In this document: positions 37,888-50,092 of the stretch, piece after piece | How positions within the stretch are numbered: the first letter of the stretch is position 1 | Layout: every line of letters starts with the position of its first letter | Assembly: GCF_006345805.1 (NCBI RefSeq) | Contig: NC_043011.1 | Span: forward strand, 10,478,001 to 10,542,000 | Direction: 5' to 3' | DNA: 64,000 nt | Source of the DNA: Octopus sinensis | Lineage: Eukaryota | Position numbers and translations under genes: made by a program | Notes under the pieces: generated by a model | What the model was told of the DNA's origin: nothing | The model's input: only the letters and a program-made list of their open reading frames with translations | The model's database searches: none

Positions 37888-38603
37888 TGTTTCTTTATTA
37901 GCCACACAGGGCTGCACACAGACAGGACAAAATTACAAGGTAGAGCTTTTCTTTTGGGGGTAAAAGAAGGATATTTGGTTTTCAATCAAAAGGGATCGTA
38001 AATGGAAAGAAAGAGGACAAAAAAAGGGGGGGATAAAATAAAATTTAAAAAAAAGGGGGAGGTGAGGAAAAGAAAGGGGAGGTAAGGAAAAAAAAGGGAA
38101 AGGAAAAAAAATTGATCAATAGGGATCGTTATCACAGAAATGTCAATATGAAGTGTAAAGGGGAGGACAGGTGAGGTTTACCCGTGGAAAGAAAAGCCTA
38201 CGGAAAAGACCACGGTAACCTCGGTCAATGAAGTCACATGTTATAGTGCATTTTTTTTTTTCAAATAAGCAACTCTGTATTAATTTTTACGGTTTATAGA
38301 ATCATAGTCAAGGTGGCTTCGTCATTCATACGTGCCATCCTTGCTACATTCACCCATCTTTTTTTAAAACATTCACTAGACAAAACTTGCCTCTCTACTC
38401 TCACTTTCATCTTCAAGTGATACTTGAAGAAGTTGATGAGAGATTGACCAGAGAGGAAAGTGTTTGTCTCTAATCCTTTCAGGCGCGTCCACCAGATACA
38501 TTCTTTCGCCATAGCCGCAGGTATGATAAAAATAGCTCTTCCTTCCCGTTTGAAGGAAGGAGGCGTGACGATATTAACGATAGACTCGGCTGATAAACCG
38601 AGA
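37887..38603 (-). mobile_element. 5'-truncated L1/Tx1-like LINE 3' end, copy 1
   Basis: ORF2 C-terminus AMAKECIWWTRLKG...FFKYHLKMKVRVERQ...FKKRWVNV*, pyrimidine-rich 3'UTR, AATAAA at the end; flanked by (GATA)n. Confidence 0.7.
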
Positions 38604-38622
38604 TAGATAGATAGATAGATAG

Positions 38623-38681
<59 letters not shown>

Positions 38682-38707
38682 ATAGATAGATAGATAGATA
38701 GATAGAT

Positions 38708-39421
38708 ATGTTTCTTTATTAGCCACACAGGGCTGCACACAGACAGGACAAAATTACAAGGTAGAGCTTTTCTTTTGGGGGTAAAAGAAGGATATTTGGT
38801 TTTCAATCAAAAGGGATCGTAAATGGAAAGAAAGAGGACAAAAAAAGGGGGGGATAAAATAAAATTTAAAAAAAAGGGGGAGGTGAGGAAAAGAAAGGGG
38901 AGGTAAGGAAAAAAAAGGGAAAGGAAAAAAAATTGATCAATAGGGATCGTTATCACAGAAATGTCAATATGAAGTGTAAAGGGGAGGACAGGTGAGGTTT
39001 ACCCGTGGAAAGAAAAGCCTACGGAAAAGACCACGGTAACCTCGGTCAATGAAGTCACATGTTATAGTGCATTTTTTTTTTTCAAATAAGCAACTCTGTA
39101 TTAATTTTTACGGTTTATAGAATCATAGTCAAGGTGGCTTCGTCATTCATACGTGCCATCCTTGCTACATTCACCCATCTTTTTTTAAAACATTCACTAG
39201 ACAAAACTTGCCTCTCTACTCTCACTTTCATCTTCAAGTGATACTTGAAGAAGTTGATGAGAGATTGACCAGAGAGGAAAGTGTTTGTCTCTAATCCTTT
39301 CAGGCGCGTCCACCAGATACATTCTTTCGCCATAGCCGCAGGTATGATAAAAATAGCTCTTCCTTCCCGTTTGAAGGAAGGAGGCGTGACGATATTAACG
39401 ATAGACTCGGCTGATAAACCG

Positions 39422-39424
<3 letters not shown>
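38708..39424 (-). mobile_element. Identical copy 2 of the L1/Tx1-like 3' end (period 821 bp)
   Basis: No difference from 37887-38603 seen by eye; (GATA)n on both sides. Confidence 0.75.
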
Positions 39425-39494
<70 letters not shown>

Positions 39495-39589
39495 CGCACG
39501 TCTGCGTCTGTTTCCTCCTGTCTAAAAGCCGATGTTATTTATGCTGCGTCCCTTTATGCCCCGTGATATAGCAGTTCGATAAATAGATC

Positions 39590-40410
39590 ATCCTTCTGTC
39601 TTGTTAACTACCGTTCTATTGTCATCTCTTCCATTACTTCAAAGGTGATGTAGACAGCTATAAACGATAGCTTTTCCAACTCTTTAAATGCCGCCAGTGT
39701 GGTTTTAGCAAATCCAGATCTATTGAAGACGCCATCCTTCTACAAACTATACACCTCATGGCGAATTTGCTATGACTCCATGAGCAAACCCCTTGAAAAT
39801 ACTTTCCAGTGAGGTCATTCCCATTTTGTTTCTCTCAACAGCCCAAAGTCATGATCCCGACATATAAATCAAACAGTGTCGCAACTAGAAGCCTCAAACT
39901 TGCTACAAATGCTGTTTCTAAATTCCCAATTATCTCCCTTTGTGAGCGTACATATCCAAAATAGCAAAGACCACATCACAAACACTGGTCTTCCTCATTG
40001 GAGCAAGAAAAATACCAAAGAAAATAAAAACCTTTACAAACCTCAGTTGGGCTCAAAATAGAGGAATGTTCCCACATCAGGGACAGTGCTGCTGCTACTA
40101 CTACACAGAGAGTTGTCTTCTAATGCATCCAAAAAGGCCACTAAACTCATTAGTTTGAAGTCATGCACCAACACAATCCAACCTCAGGCTCACAATCGAG
40201 CTCTCATGCCATTTATTGTTACCATAGCAACTCCTGTTTCTCGCAACTGCTTAACCTCATCGCATCATTCCTACGCAATCAATCTTCTTATTCCTTCCCT
40301 CCTCCTCCTCTGCACCATTCACTACACTAACTGCCGTAACAAGAATTCCTTACCCCAACAACCAGAACGCTCTACATGCCCATCTTTTCCTACTTTCCAC
40401 AGCGATGGTG
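39590..40410 (+). pseudogene. Degraded CR1-clade LINE RT and C-terminal fragments
   Basis: NYRSIVISSITSKVM, QCGFSKSRSIED, LYKPQLGSK and IQPQAHNR, in CR1 order. Confidence 0.55.
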
Positions 40411-40419
40411 GGGGGTCAA

Positions 40420-40450
<31 letters not shown>

Positions 40451-40461
40451 TCTATATATAT

Positions 40462-40620
40462 GACTGCCTTCTTTCAGTTTCCGTCTACCAAATCCAATCA
40501 CAAGGCTTTGGTCGGCCCCCTAGGCTATAGTAGTAGACACTTGCTCAAGTTGCCACACAGTGGAACTGAACCCGGAACCATATGGCTGGTAAGTTAGTTA
40601 CCACATAGCCACTCCTGCGC
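40462..40620 (-). mobile_element. CORE-type tRNA-derived SINE
   Basis: Reverse complement matches 15499-15661 (GCGCAGGAGTGGCTATGTGGTAA...TTGAGCAAGTGTCT). Confidence 0.8.
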
Positions 40621-40806
40621 TTATTCTATTCTTTTATTGGCTTCAGCCGCTGGCGTCCGACCATGCTGAAGCAGCGCCTTCAAGCGTTTAATCGATCACA
40701 TCAACAAACTCTATTTATCGAACTGCTATATCACGGGGCATAAAGGGGCGCAGCTTAAACAACATCGGCTTTTAGACAGGAGGAAACAGACGCAGACAAG
40801 CGTATA

Positions 40807-40897
<91 letters not shown>

Positions 40898-40944
40898 ATA
40901 TATATATATATATATGTATCTCCTATATATGTATCCCTATATAT

Positions 40945-41079
40945 ATCTCCTATGTTTCCGACGAAGAGCTCCGCTCGAAACGTCATACCCTCCTTCTTCC
41001 ATTTCCCTGAGCGCCTAATAATAATAATACTGTAATTGTTCCACGTGTTGGTGTTTTTTCGGTTTTCCCGTTTGGATTA

Positions 41080-41085
<6 letters not shown>
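40945..41085 (+). mobile_element. PLE pseudo-LTR-type short repeat with a hammerhead motif
   Basis: GTTT-CCGACGA-A-GAGC-tcc-GCTC-GAAAC-GTC-ATAC at 40954-40988; related to 15320-15482. Confidence 0.6.
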
Positions 41086-41110
<25 letters not shown>

Positions 41111-41781
41111 CCCGAAAAGAGATGTGTAAATGTAAGTTTAAATATACATCTGTAAGCACACACATACATAGATGTGTATTTGTATGTAGATGATGCATAC
41201 AGGACATAATTTTGTGGCAATTTCTTACGAGCAAACTGATAGTTATTTTTGATGGAACCCAATAAGTCATTATAAAACTGTAAAATTGTATCTGCTTTAT
41301 AGTGAAGAATGGCTTCCGTGCGGATTGTAATTTGATGTCAGAGAAAAATAATAGCAGAGTCTCGATAGGGAAATGTTCAAATATTTATGACTCGTCAGTA
41401 AAATCTCATGATTTTGCTGATATTTCTTGTTGATAATCCAATCTAATTGGAAAATTCGATCAGTTTAATTCCTATCCAGACACTGGAATCCTTAAAATGT
41501 TACAAACATGCGAGGGAATATGATCTCGATTGGTTGATCATTGTTATGAGAAGAGCATGTCATCAAAACTATTTATATGGCTTTTATCATATTCTCTGAC
41601 TAAAGTACATAACACAGCGGGCACTAGACAACAGCAACAGTAACTAGGATATTTTGTTTTATTTGCCGCGAGAGCAGCAGCAAATACAAACATTATAATA
41701 ATGTAGCTTACGAACTTAGTACGATACAAGCAACTAATGTATAATGGTGTCCACATATGTGAGCGCGTGTGAGTGTGTGTA

Positions 41782-42680
41782 CGAGGGGGAACCCCAAAAA
41801 ACCGGAGTTTTGCAATATTATTTTATTCACTTAATTTTACATGTTTACACTTTTATCGCCTTCAAAGTATTCTCCATTTGAAGCAACGCATCGGTCCAGA
41901 CGCGTTTTCCACAGTTCGGAACAGTACTGGAACTCTGCGAAGTGATGGCTATTAACGCCTCCGTGGTTTTTTTTCTTCACCTCTTCCATATCTGCAAAAC
42001 GTTTTCCTTTAAGAACTTTTCACATTCGGGAGAACAAAAAGAAGAAAGAAAAATGTTGCAGTGAGCAAGATCGGGTGAATAGGGATGGTGGGTGTGCGGG
42101 GTCACGCATTCAGTCCTGACTGCTTTTGATCTTCCGTGAGCAAGCAAGGCAAAAAATTTGCTGCAACTCTTTCATTCACAATTCCTCGCTCAAAATTCGT
42201 TGACGGGAGGGACTCCAGGACACACCATTCATATCAACAAGTCCGTCAATTGTTCGACGAGGCTCCTCCAAGGTTATTTCATGCATTTTTATGGTGTTTT
42301 CATTCGTTCGGGAGGTTGACGGTCGTCCTGAACGAGGTTGGTCTTCAAGCAACAAGTGACCATTCCTAAAGTGTGAAAACCACTCGTAGACTTGTGTTTT
42401 ACTCATGGCAGAGTCATTATAAGCTGTTTAAAGTAGGACAACTGTTTCGGTCCGTTTTCCCCAGCTGAAAAACAGAAGTTCACAGAAGCACGCTGTTCCT
42501 CTGGTTCAGCCTTCGCAAAAATCGCAAAGACAAACTACGTAGCAGTAGGACTTCACTCGACGACGCTGGTCGACAGACCGATGCCTGAGGGTGGCATCAG
42601 CTGACGTCTAGCGGCGGAAGCTTAAACTACAATGGGCTTGTTACACAGAACGTTTCCGGTTACTTTTGGGTACCTCATCG
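41782..42680 (-). mobile_element. Mariner transposon, internally deleted
   Basis: TA-flanked imperfect TIRs (CGAGGGGGAACCCCAAAAAACCGG vs reverse complement CGATGAGGTACCCAAAAGTAACCGG); EEQRASVNFCF, MSKTQVYEWF...DQPRSGRPST, then RCVASNGEYFEG. Confidence 0.88.
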
Positions 42681-42967
42681 TATACATGTGTGTGTGTGCG
42701 CGTGTGTAAGGCCATCATACACACAAACATAACACATACACTTACATATCAGACTCAATCAGAAAATAAAAGAAACTGTCGATAAGCTTAGTAAGCAAGT
42801 TCGGTTTTATTGTTCGAGAGAAGGACATCAACGTAGTCTGATTTAAAAAGGAAAGTCCTCGTCGATAATGTATCAGATGATATTGTAATGGTCACCCCCA
42901 CCGAAAACGGAGAATGGAGGTTGTGTTCGTTGTCTCGAAGGGGTTCGTATAAAGAGTTTTCGCTCAG

Positions 42968-43078
42968 ACTAACGGCTCTGAGTTCACTGTAATCATGAGT
43001 TCACTGTTTACCATGGAAACGACTTACATTGATGATTACACGGCTGAGAATGAGAACACATTATGTACACATGAAACT
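42968..43078 (+). other. Candidate host-gene exon (28 codons from ATG 42995)
   Basis: TTTTCGCTCAG acceptor and GTGAGT donor; encodes MSSLFTMETTYIDDYTAENENTLCTHET; no homology recognised. Confidence 0.25.
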
Positions 43079-43189
43079 GTGAGTAATGCGGAGCGGAACC
43101 AACCTGTTATTAAATACAATTGCAACGAAATGTTGTGCTACTTTCTAAGAATCATAATTGATTTGAACTTTTGGCGCATGGTGAGCAAC

Positions 43190-43345
43190 GTCGGGGATAG
43201 GGGAGGAAGTCGATCACCCCAGTATTAAGCTGGTACTTGTTTTACCGATTCCGAAACAGAATTTAAACTCGGAACCTAAAGACGGACGAAATGCCGCTAA
43301 GCATTTTCACCCACAGGGTAAAGATCCAGCTACCTCACTGCCTTT
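43190..43345 (-). mobile_element. Meta-type SINE with deleted core
   Basis: ccccagtattaagctggtacttg...tttaaactcggaac...gccgctaagcatttt. Confidence 0.6.
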
Positions 43346-43877
43346 CGAAGAAACATTGTATTGCAACCTATAAACAAACACAGCGGTTTGGGCTTCTTCG
43401 TTTCGGTTATTTAGATTTTCGTGTCCCATAAATATTTCGCCAGGTTATTCTTGTCTCACAAGAAAAGTAATATTTGAATGTGTGTGTGTGATGTTTGAGT
43501 GTGTGTGAGTGAGTGTGTGGTGTATGTGTGAGTATGTTATAAATATTTCTGTTTAGCTACGTATATGTATGTATATGTAAGTGTGCATATCTTTATATGT
43601 GTGTGCATCTATGCGTCAGCTCTGCTGTTCCCAACACACACAAACTGAAGGCAACGCAAAGAAAGCAAATTGACGCACAAACAAAGAATCAGATGCAGTC
43701 GTCAAGAGAGAAACATTTGTGGAGAGGCAATGATTCAATCAGGAGCTACATCTGTCTTGCTCCGATCCTCAATCGCTACTCAACAAACCATAATAATTAT
43801 GAAAATTATTGGCACACATGCCATACATACTGACCACCTCCACAAAGAAAAAAGACATGACTACAACATACACACTA

Positions 43878-44652
43878 TGTATGTATGTATGTATGTATGA
43901 ATGTATGTATGTATGTATGTATGTATGTATGTATGTATGTATGTATGTGTGTATGTATGTATGTATGTATGTATGTATGTGTGTATGTATGTATGCATGT
44001 ATGTATGTATGTATGCATGTATGTGTGTGTATGTATGTATGCATGTATGTGTGTATGTATGTATGCATGTATGTATGCATGTATGTATGTATGTGTATGT
44101 ATGTATGTATGTGTGTTTGTATGTATGCATGTATGCATGTATGTATGTATGTGTGTGTATGTATGCATGTATGTATGTGTGTGTATGTATGTATGCATGT
44201 ATGTATGTATGTATGTATGTATGTATGTATGTGTGTGTATGTATGTATGTATGTATGTATGTATGTATGTATGTATGTGTGTATGTATGTATGTATGTAG
44301 GTATGTATGTATGTGTGTATGTATATATGTGTGTGTATGCATGTATGTATGTGTGTATGTATGTATGTATGTACGTGTGTATGTATGTATGTATGTGTGT
44401 GTATGTATGCATGTATGTATGTGTGTGTGTATGTATGTATGCATGTATGTATGCATGCATGTATGTGTGTATATATGTATATATGTATGTATGTATGTAT
44501 GTCTGTATGTGTGTATGTATGTATGTATGTATGAATGTATGTGTGTATGTATGTATATATGTATGTATGTATGTATGTATGTGTATATGTATGCATGCAT
44601 GTATGTGTGTGTGTATGTATGTATGCATGTATGTATGTATGTGTGTATGTAT
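43878..44652. repeat. (TATG)n compound microsatellite field
   Basis: Directly visible. Confidence 0.95.
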
Positions 44653-45083
44653 GTTAGTGTCAGGTCACTTTCGAGTGCTACTGGTAACATGTAACCCAGC
44701 ACAACCTGTTGCATGATCGGGTCGTCGGCGACTAAAACGGCAACCCCACCAAGCTTGCTTGGTGAGGAAGGTGTTTATTGGACACCCTGCAGGATGAAAA
44801 ACAAAACCCGTCAAAGGGCGGAGGAACCCTTGAGAGTCAACGGCCATCCAATAAATGTCTTAAGGATGTATCATGCGCGGGGACATAGAAATAATCGGAC
44901 TGAATACCCGATCGCGCGGTTAAACCATTGGGAGTGAAGGACTCCCAGCCTTTGTTAGGGCATCCCTCTAGGAGAAGGTAACTCGGGAAACTGGGATAAC
45001 TCCAACATAAAACCTGCGGCTCAGTGGTTACCGATGATGTTGACTTGTTCTTCTTTTCGGATTATGGCTGCTGTTGCTTAGTG
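44653..45083 (+). mobile_element. Probable RTE-clade LINE 5' UTR fragment
   Basis: GC-richer island containing TAGGGCATCCCTCTAGGAGAAGGTAACTC, resembling RTE 5'-UTR motifs (recalled pattern, not searched). Confidence 0.45.
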
Positions 45084-45154
45084 AAAAAAAACGATAACAA
45101 CATTGATTAAGCTTCGTGCAATGGCCATACTCGATAACGAGAGGGCAGCCACCA

Positions 45155-46000
45155 TGTATATATGTAAGCATGTATGTGAGTATGTATGTGTGTGTGTATG
45201 TATGTATGTATGCATGTATGTGTGTATATGTATGTATGTGTGTATGTATGCATGTGTGTATGTATGTATGTGTGTGTGTATGTACGTATGTATGTGTGTG
45301 TATGTATGTATGTATGTATGTATGTGTGTGTGTATGTACGTATGCATGTATGTATGTGTATATGTATGTATGTGTGTATGTATAATTGTATGTATGTATG
45401 TGCGTATGTATGTATGTCTGTATGTATGTGTGTGTATGTAAGTATGTATGTATGTGTGTATGTATTATGTATGTGTGTATGGATGTATGTATATATGTAT
45501 GTATATCTGTATGTGTGTGTATGTATGTATGTGTGTGTGTATATATGTATGTGTATGTATGTATGTATGTATATATGTATGTGTGTGTATGTATGTATGT
45601 ATGTGTATGTATGTATGTATGTATGTATGTATGTGTATGTATGTATATATGTATGTGTGTGTATGTATGTATGTATGAATGTATGTATGTATGTATGTAT
45701 GTATGTATGTATGTATGTATGCATGTATGTATGTATGTATGTATGCATGTATGTATGTATGTATGTATGTATGCATGCATGCATGCATGTATGTATGTAT
45801 GTATGTATGTATGTATGTATGTATGTATGTATGTATGTATGTATGTATGTATGTATGTATGTATGTATGCATGCATGCATGCATGTATGTATGTATGTAT
45901 GTATGTATGTATGTATGTATGTATGCATGTATATATGTATGTGTGTGTGTATGTATGTATGTATGTATGTATGTATGTATGTATGTATGCATGTATAGGT
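45155..46000. repeat. (TATG)n compound microsatellite field
   Basis: Directly visible. Confidence 0.95.
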
Positions 46001-46220
46001 ATATAGATGTAAAGATGGATAGATTTTTTTCTGTCTCGCTTTTTCTGTTTCATATGTATTAATTAATAGACATACTAAGTATGTATACCTGCTGGAAATA
46101 ACAGTCAAAACTCTTATTTAAACTGCCGAAAAAATAACACTGATATAAACTACAGCAGTCAACCGTTCGCGGGTAAACGGGTTAAGAAAATCATTCAACA
46201 TACCTCTATAGCATCCAGCA

Positions 46221-46540
46221 GAGGGCGCGTGGCTTAGTGGTTAGGGCATTCGGCTCATGATCGTAAGGTTGTGAGTTCGATTCCCGGCGACGCGTTGTGT
46301 CCTTGAGCAAGACACTTTATTTCACGTTGCTCCAGTCCACTCAGCTGGCAAAAATGAGTTGTACTTGTATTTCAAAGGGTCAGCCTTGTCACTCTCTGTG
46401 TCACGCTGATTATCCCCGAGAACTACGTTAAGGGTACACGTGTCTGTGGAATGCTCAGCCATTTGCACGTTAATTTCACGAGCAAGCTGTTCCGTTGATC
46501 GTATCAGCTGGGACCCTCGTCGTCGTAACCGGCGGAGTCT
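46221..46540 (+). mobile_element. tRNA-derived SINE, apparently full length
   Basis: GAGGGCGCGTGGCTTAGTGGTTAGG (A box)...GAGTTCGATTCCC (B box), then GTGTCCTTGAGCAAGACACTTT body. Confidence 0.85.
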
Positions 46541-46545
46541 TTAGA

Positions 46546-46978
46546 ATGTATGTGTGTATGTATTATGTATGTGTGTATGGATGTATGTATATATGTATGT
46601 ATATTTGTATGTGTGTGTATGTATGCATGTCTGTATGTCTATATGTATGTATGTATGTATGTGTATGTATGCATGTATGTGTGTATGTATGTATGTATGT
46701 ATGCATGTATATATGTATATATGTATATATGTGTGTATGTATGTATGTGTGTATGTGTGTATGTATGTATGTATGGATGGATGTGTATGTATGTATGTAT
46801 GTATGTATGTATGTGTGTATGTATGTATGTATGTGTGTATGTATGTATGTATGCGTGTGTGTGTATGTATTTATGTATGTATGTGTGTATGTATGCATGT
46901 ATGTATGTATGTATGTGTATATGTATGTATGTGTGTGTATATATGTCATTATGCGTGTGTGTGTGTGTGTGTATGTAT
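46546..46978. repeat. (TATG)n compound microsatellite field
   Basis: Directly visible. Confidence 0.95.
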
Positions 46979-47439
46979 GCGCCTCTATAAATCATAACTT
47001 TTTGGTTATTTTCTGACTTCTTCGAAATTCAAAAAATATCAAACGCCAAAATCTGTTCCAATTTGATGAATTTATCAATTTGAAGTAAAAACGAAACAAC
47101 AAAAACAGCAACAAAGACTTTAAGAGGCTCACATCAGTCCTGAGTTTGCTAATCGATTATCGATTTGTGCCGTTGTTAAATCTATTCACTTATTGCCGTC
47201 AATTTGAAGTTGCTAATTCTAAATAATCTCATCTCTTATGCGATTTAGTAATGTATGAGTGTTTGTGTATGTGTTTATGAGTTTGTGTGTGTCCGTGTCT
47301 GTGTGCGTGCGTGTCTGTGTGTGTCCGTGTCTGTGTGTGTGCGTGTGGGAGAGTATGTAAGTGTGGGCATGTGTTTGACTACGCGTATGTGTGTTTGGAA
47401 AGGTGGATATTCAAAATGTGATAGTACTTTATTAGTATT

Positions 47440-48110
47440 AAGTATTTGAAATCTGCTGATTTGATTATTGAATTGTACAAACAGTGTAATAAATCTTTCA
47501 AGTTGTCCCTGATTCTAGCCTTCCATGTGCAAAGTCAACAACAACTGCTCGAATTCTTGGAATTATCATATAGTGAGGTTTCGTTGTATATAGGCGGTCG
47601 ATCTGTGGCTGACATAACTAAATTTTGAAACATTTATACTCCCAGGTCAGGCGCTCTTGCCAGCTCACGTCACGTCGGGATACACAGATGCGTATTGCAG
47701 AGAGATTGGAACGGCGCTGCTGATGTGTGTGTGTGTGTGTGGGTATGTGTGTGTGTATATAAATTCTATATTCTACTACAAAATACAGCTGTAGATTGCT
47801 GCTATAACTATAGAAGACAGATGTAAACAGCGTCTCTTCATCTACAATGTATGTATTCAGATTAGAAGAAAGGCGAACCAACCGGACTAGTTTCAATCTA
47901 GTTTCAGGATTTTATCAACGACAGACTACCTTTCTCTTACTGTGCACAAGGACATTGTTTAGATAGGCACTGTCTGAAGACTTAAATAGATTGACTAATG
48001 GGTCACACGCATTGTTGGCAGTGAGTTCCACGAATAAATTATTGGCTAATAAGCGTCATGTGTCAGTTAACAGAGAGTTGTGGCCCTGTTATACAACAGA
48101 AGAGAGATAT
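47440..48110. pseudogene. CR1/L2-type LINE C-terminal relics
   Basis: Plus-strand TARILGII and LEERR-like pieces; minus-strand RGH...WNSLP-like piece at about 48000-48100. Confidence 0.35.
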
Positions 48111-48288
48111 TAGTCAATGTTATGTGTAATAGACACACACACACACACACACACACAAACAAACAAACAAACACACATGTAAATGTCATATATTATCGTA
48201 TTTTGGCAGAGTATTATTATCAACGCCCATAGGCACACCTGTTGCTGGACACACCTGCATTAGTAAACTGTAACAATAGCTGACATAG

Positions 48289-48467
48289 TATGGCAATAAG
48301 CATTGACATAATATGGATATACACACTTATAGATTATGGTTATACATACTGATACAGTATGGCTATACACACTGATATAGTATAGCCGTACACACTGGTA
48401 TATTAGGGCTGTATATACTGATATAGTATAGCCAATGGCTATACACACTGATACAGTATGATCATAC
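48289..48467. repeat. Degenerate 23-bp minisatellite, about 8 units
   Basis: Consensus TATGGCTATACACACTGATATAG. Confidence 0.8.
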
Positions 48468-48952
48468 TCTATCAGGGTAAAGACAAAGTATCGCTGGTGT
48501 AATCAGAACCAAATGACCTCTTCAGTATTCTATCGATTCAACTTGTTCTGCTGCGGAGTTCAGAAGGACTGTAAGTCACTTTTAGTTTTTGTATAACTTA
48601 GTCCATTCCCAGACTTTTTGTAACCCCTTTGTCCAACATTTTCACGCATTAAAAGGTCCTGGGACCTGGAGAAAAACGAAGGAGGATTATCATCATTACA
48701 ATAACAACAACAACGGTGGTGACGATGTTACTGATGATGACAACGACGATGATGGTGACAATGATGATAATGATGATGATGATGATGATGACGATGATGG
48801 TGAATTGTGACAGAAGCTAATACCTGATATATGGCGATTTATATATATATATTATATAATGGCCCGCTTGACATTGTCTTCCGGCGGTCACGTTGACCAT
48901 GTCAGGGACAATAGAGTTGAATTTGTAAAACATTAACCTGTGGCTGAGACGG

Positions 48953-49049
<97 letters not shown>

Positions 49050-49781
49050 CACTACTACGTGCAGAAGACATTGAGATCTCTGAATCCACTACGTACATAG
49101 TCGTACATAGACACACTGAACACAAGTTCCTTATCTCTCTTTCGCTCTCTCTTTCTTTCTCTCTTTCATACGCTTGCGCACACACATACACGCACGCACA
49201 CACACACACGCGCGCGCTTATAATAACAGGGCTATGGATCATCAATGAAGGAAGCAGCAGCTTTAATCGCGAAATAGGAATGAGGGTGGTGGATGGACGA
49301 GACTGAGATTCCTATAGCAACCGACCTTTAGTGTGGATTGATTGATAAGGGGAAGGAAATATGACCAATTTTATTGCAACTCATAGATTTCTTCTGACGT
49401 AGGAAGAAAAAAAATTCTCTGAAGAACATCCTGAAGATAAACACGAAGCTATGTGATGGTGCTGAGGAAGTTTAATGTAAAATATTGGCTGAAGTTGTCT
49501 TCCATAATTGAATCACTTTAACCTTAATTGTTCCTTTATTTGTGAAGCCTACGATGATAGACATTTTGTCAAATACTGTGCCGTTAGAAATCATTCTAAA
49601 ACTTGCTGTTTTCTTTAGTTTAAAACTGTTTCTCTTGGATTACGAAGTTTTCAAGACTTGCCTTAAATTCACAATGCTAGCAGCAGCAATAGCTGAAACA
49701 CTTTCACAAAAACCGTTATAATTAACTTAATACGAATATAATATCATATTATGTAAATATGATAAATTTTATATATTCCCT

Positions 49782-49961
49782 TTTACTATAGGCACAAGGC
49801 CTGAGATCTTTGAGTACCCAACTGTTACTTATTTTATCGACCCAGGAAGGATGAAAGGCAAAGTTGGACTCAGCGGAATTTGAACTGAGAACGTTAAGAC
49901 AGATGAATTACCGCTAAGCATTTTGCCCGGAGTGCTAATGATTCTGCCAGCTCGCCACCTT
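49782..49961 (-). mobile_element. Meta-type SINE, diverged, alternative tail
   Basis: tactataggcacaaggcctgag tail, core atcgacccaggaaggatgaaaggcaaag, head ctgccagctcgccacctt. Confidence 0.75.
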
Positions 49962-50003
49962 GTGAGAAATAATAATAATATCATATTAATATGACGTTAT
50001 CTA

Positions 50004-50092
<89 letters not shown>

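Noticed and set aside
44653-44770. HDV-like ribozyme in the putative RTE 5' UTR
   Set aside because: A P4-like hairpin plus CTAA is present (GTCG-tcgg-CGAC-TAA), but I could not build consistent P1, P2 and P3. An RNArobo or Infernal search would settle it.
46221-46295. tRNA gene (also 14700-14774 and 15499-15570)
   Set aside because: The cloverleaf is imperfect and runs directly into a SINE body; these are SINE heads.
43769-47016. Long ORFs of 150-340 aa (MYVC/HTYI repeats), also at 13.1-13.9 kb and 20.1-20.5 kb
   Set aside because: They are translations of stop-free (TATG)n/(TACA)n microsatellites.
48526-48570. 45-nt phase-0 exon (CAG...GTAAGT) that could join the 42968-43078 candidate
   Set aside because: Too short and no recognisable homology; chance splice signals are expected in 64 kb.
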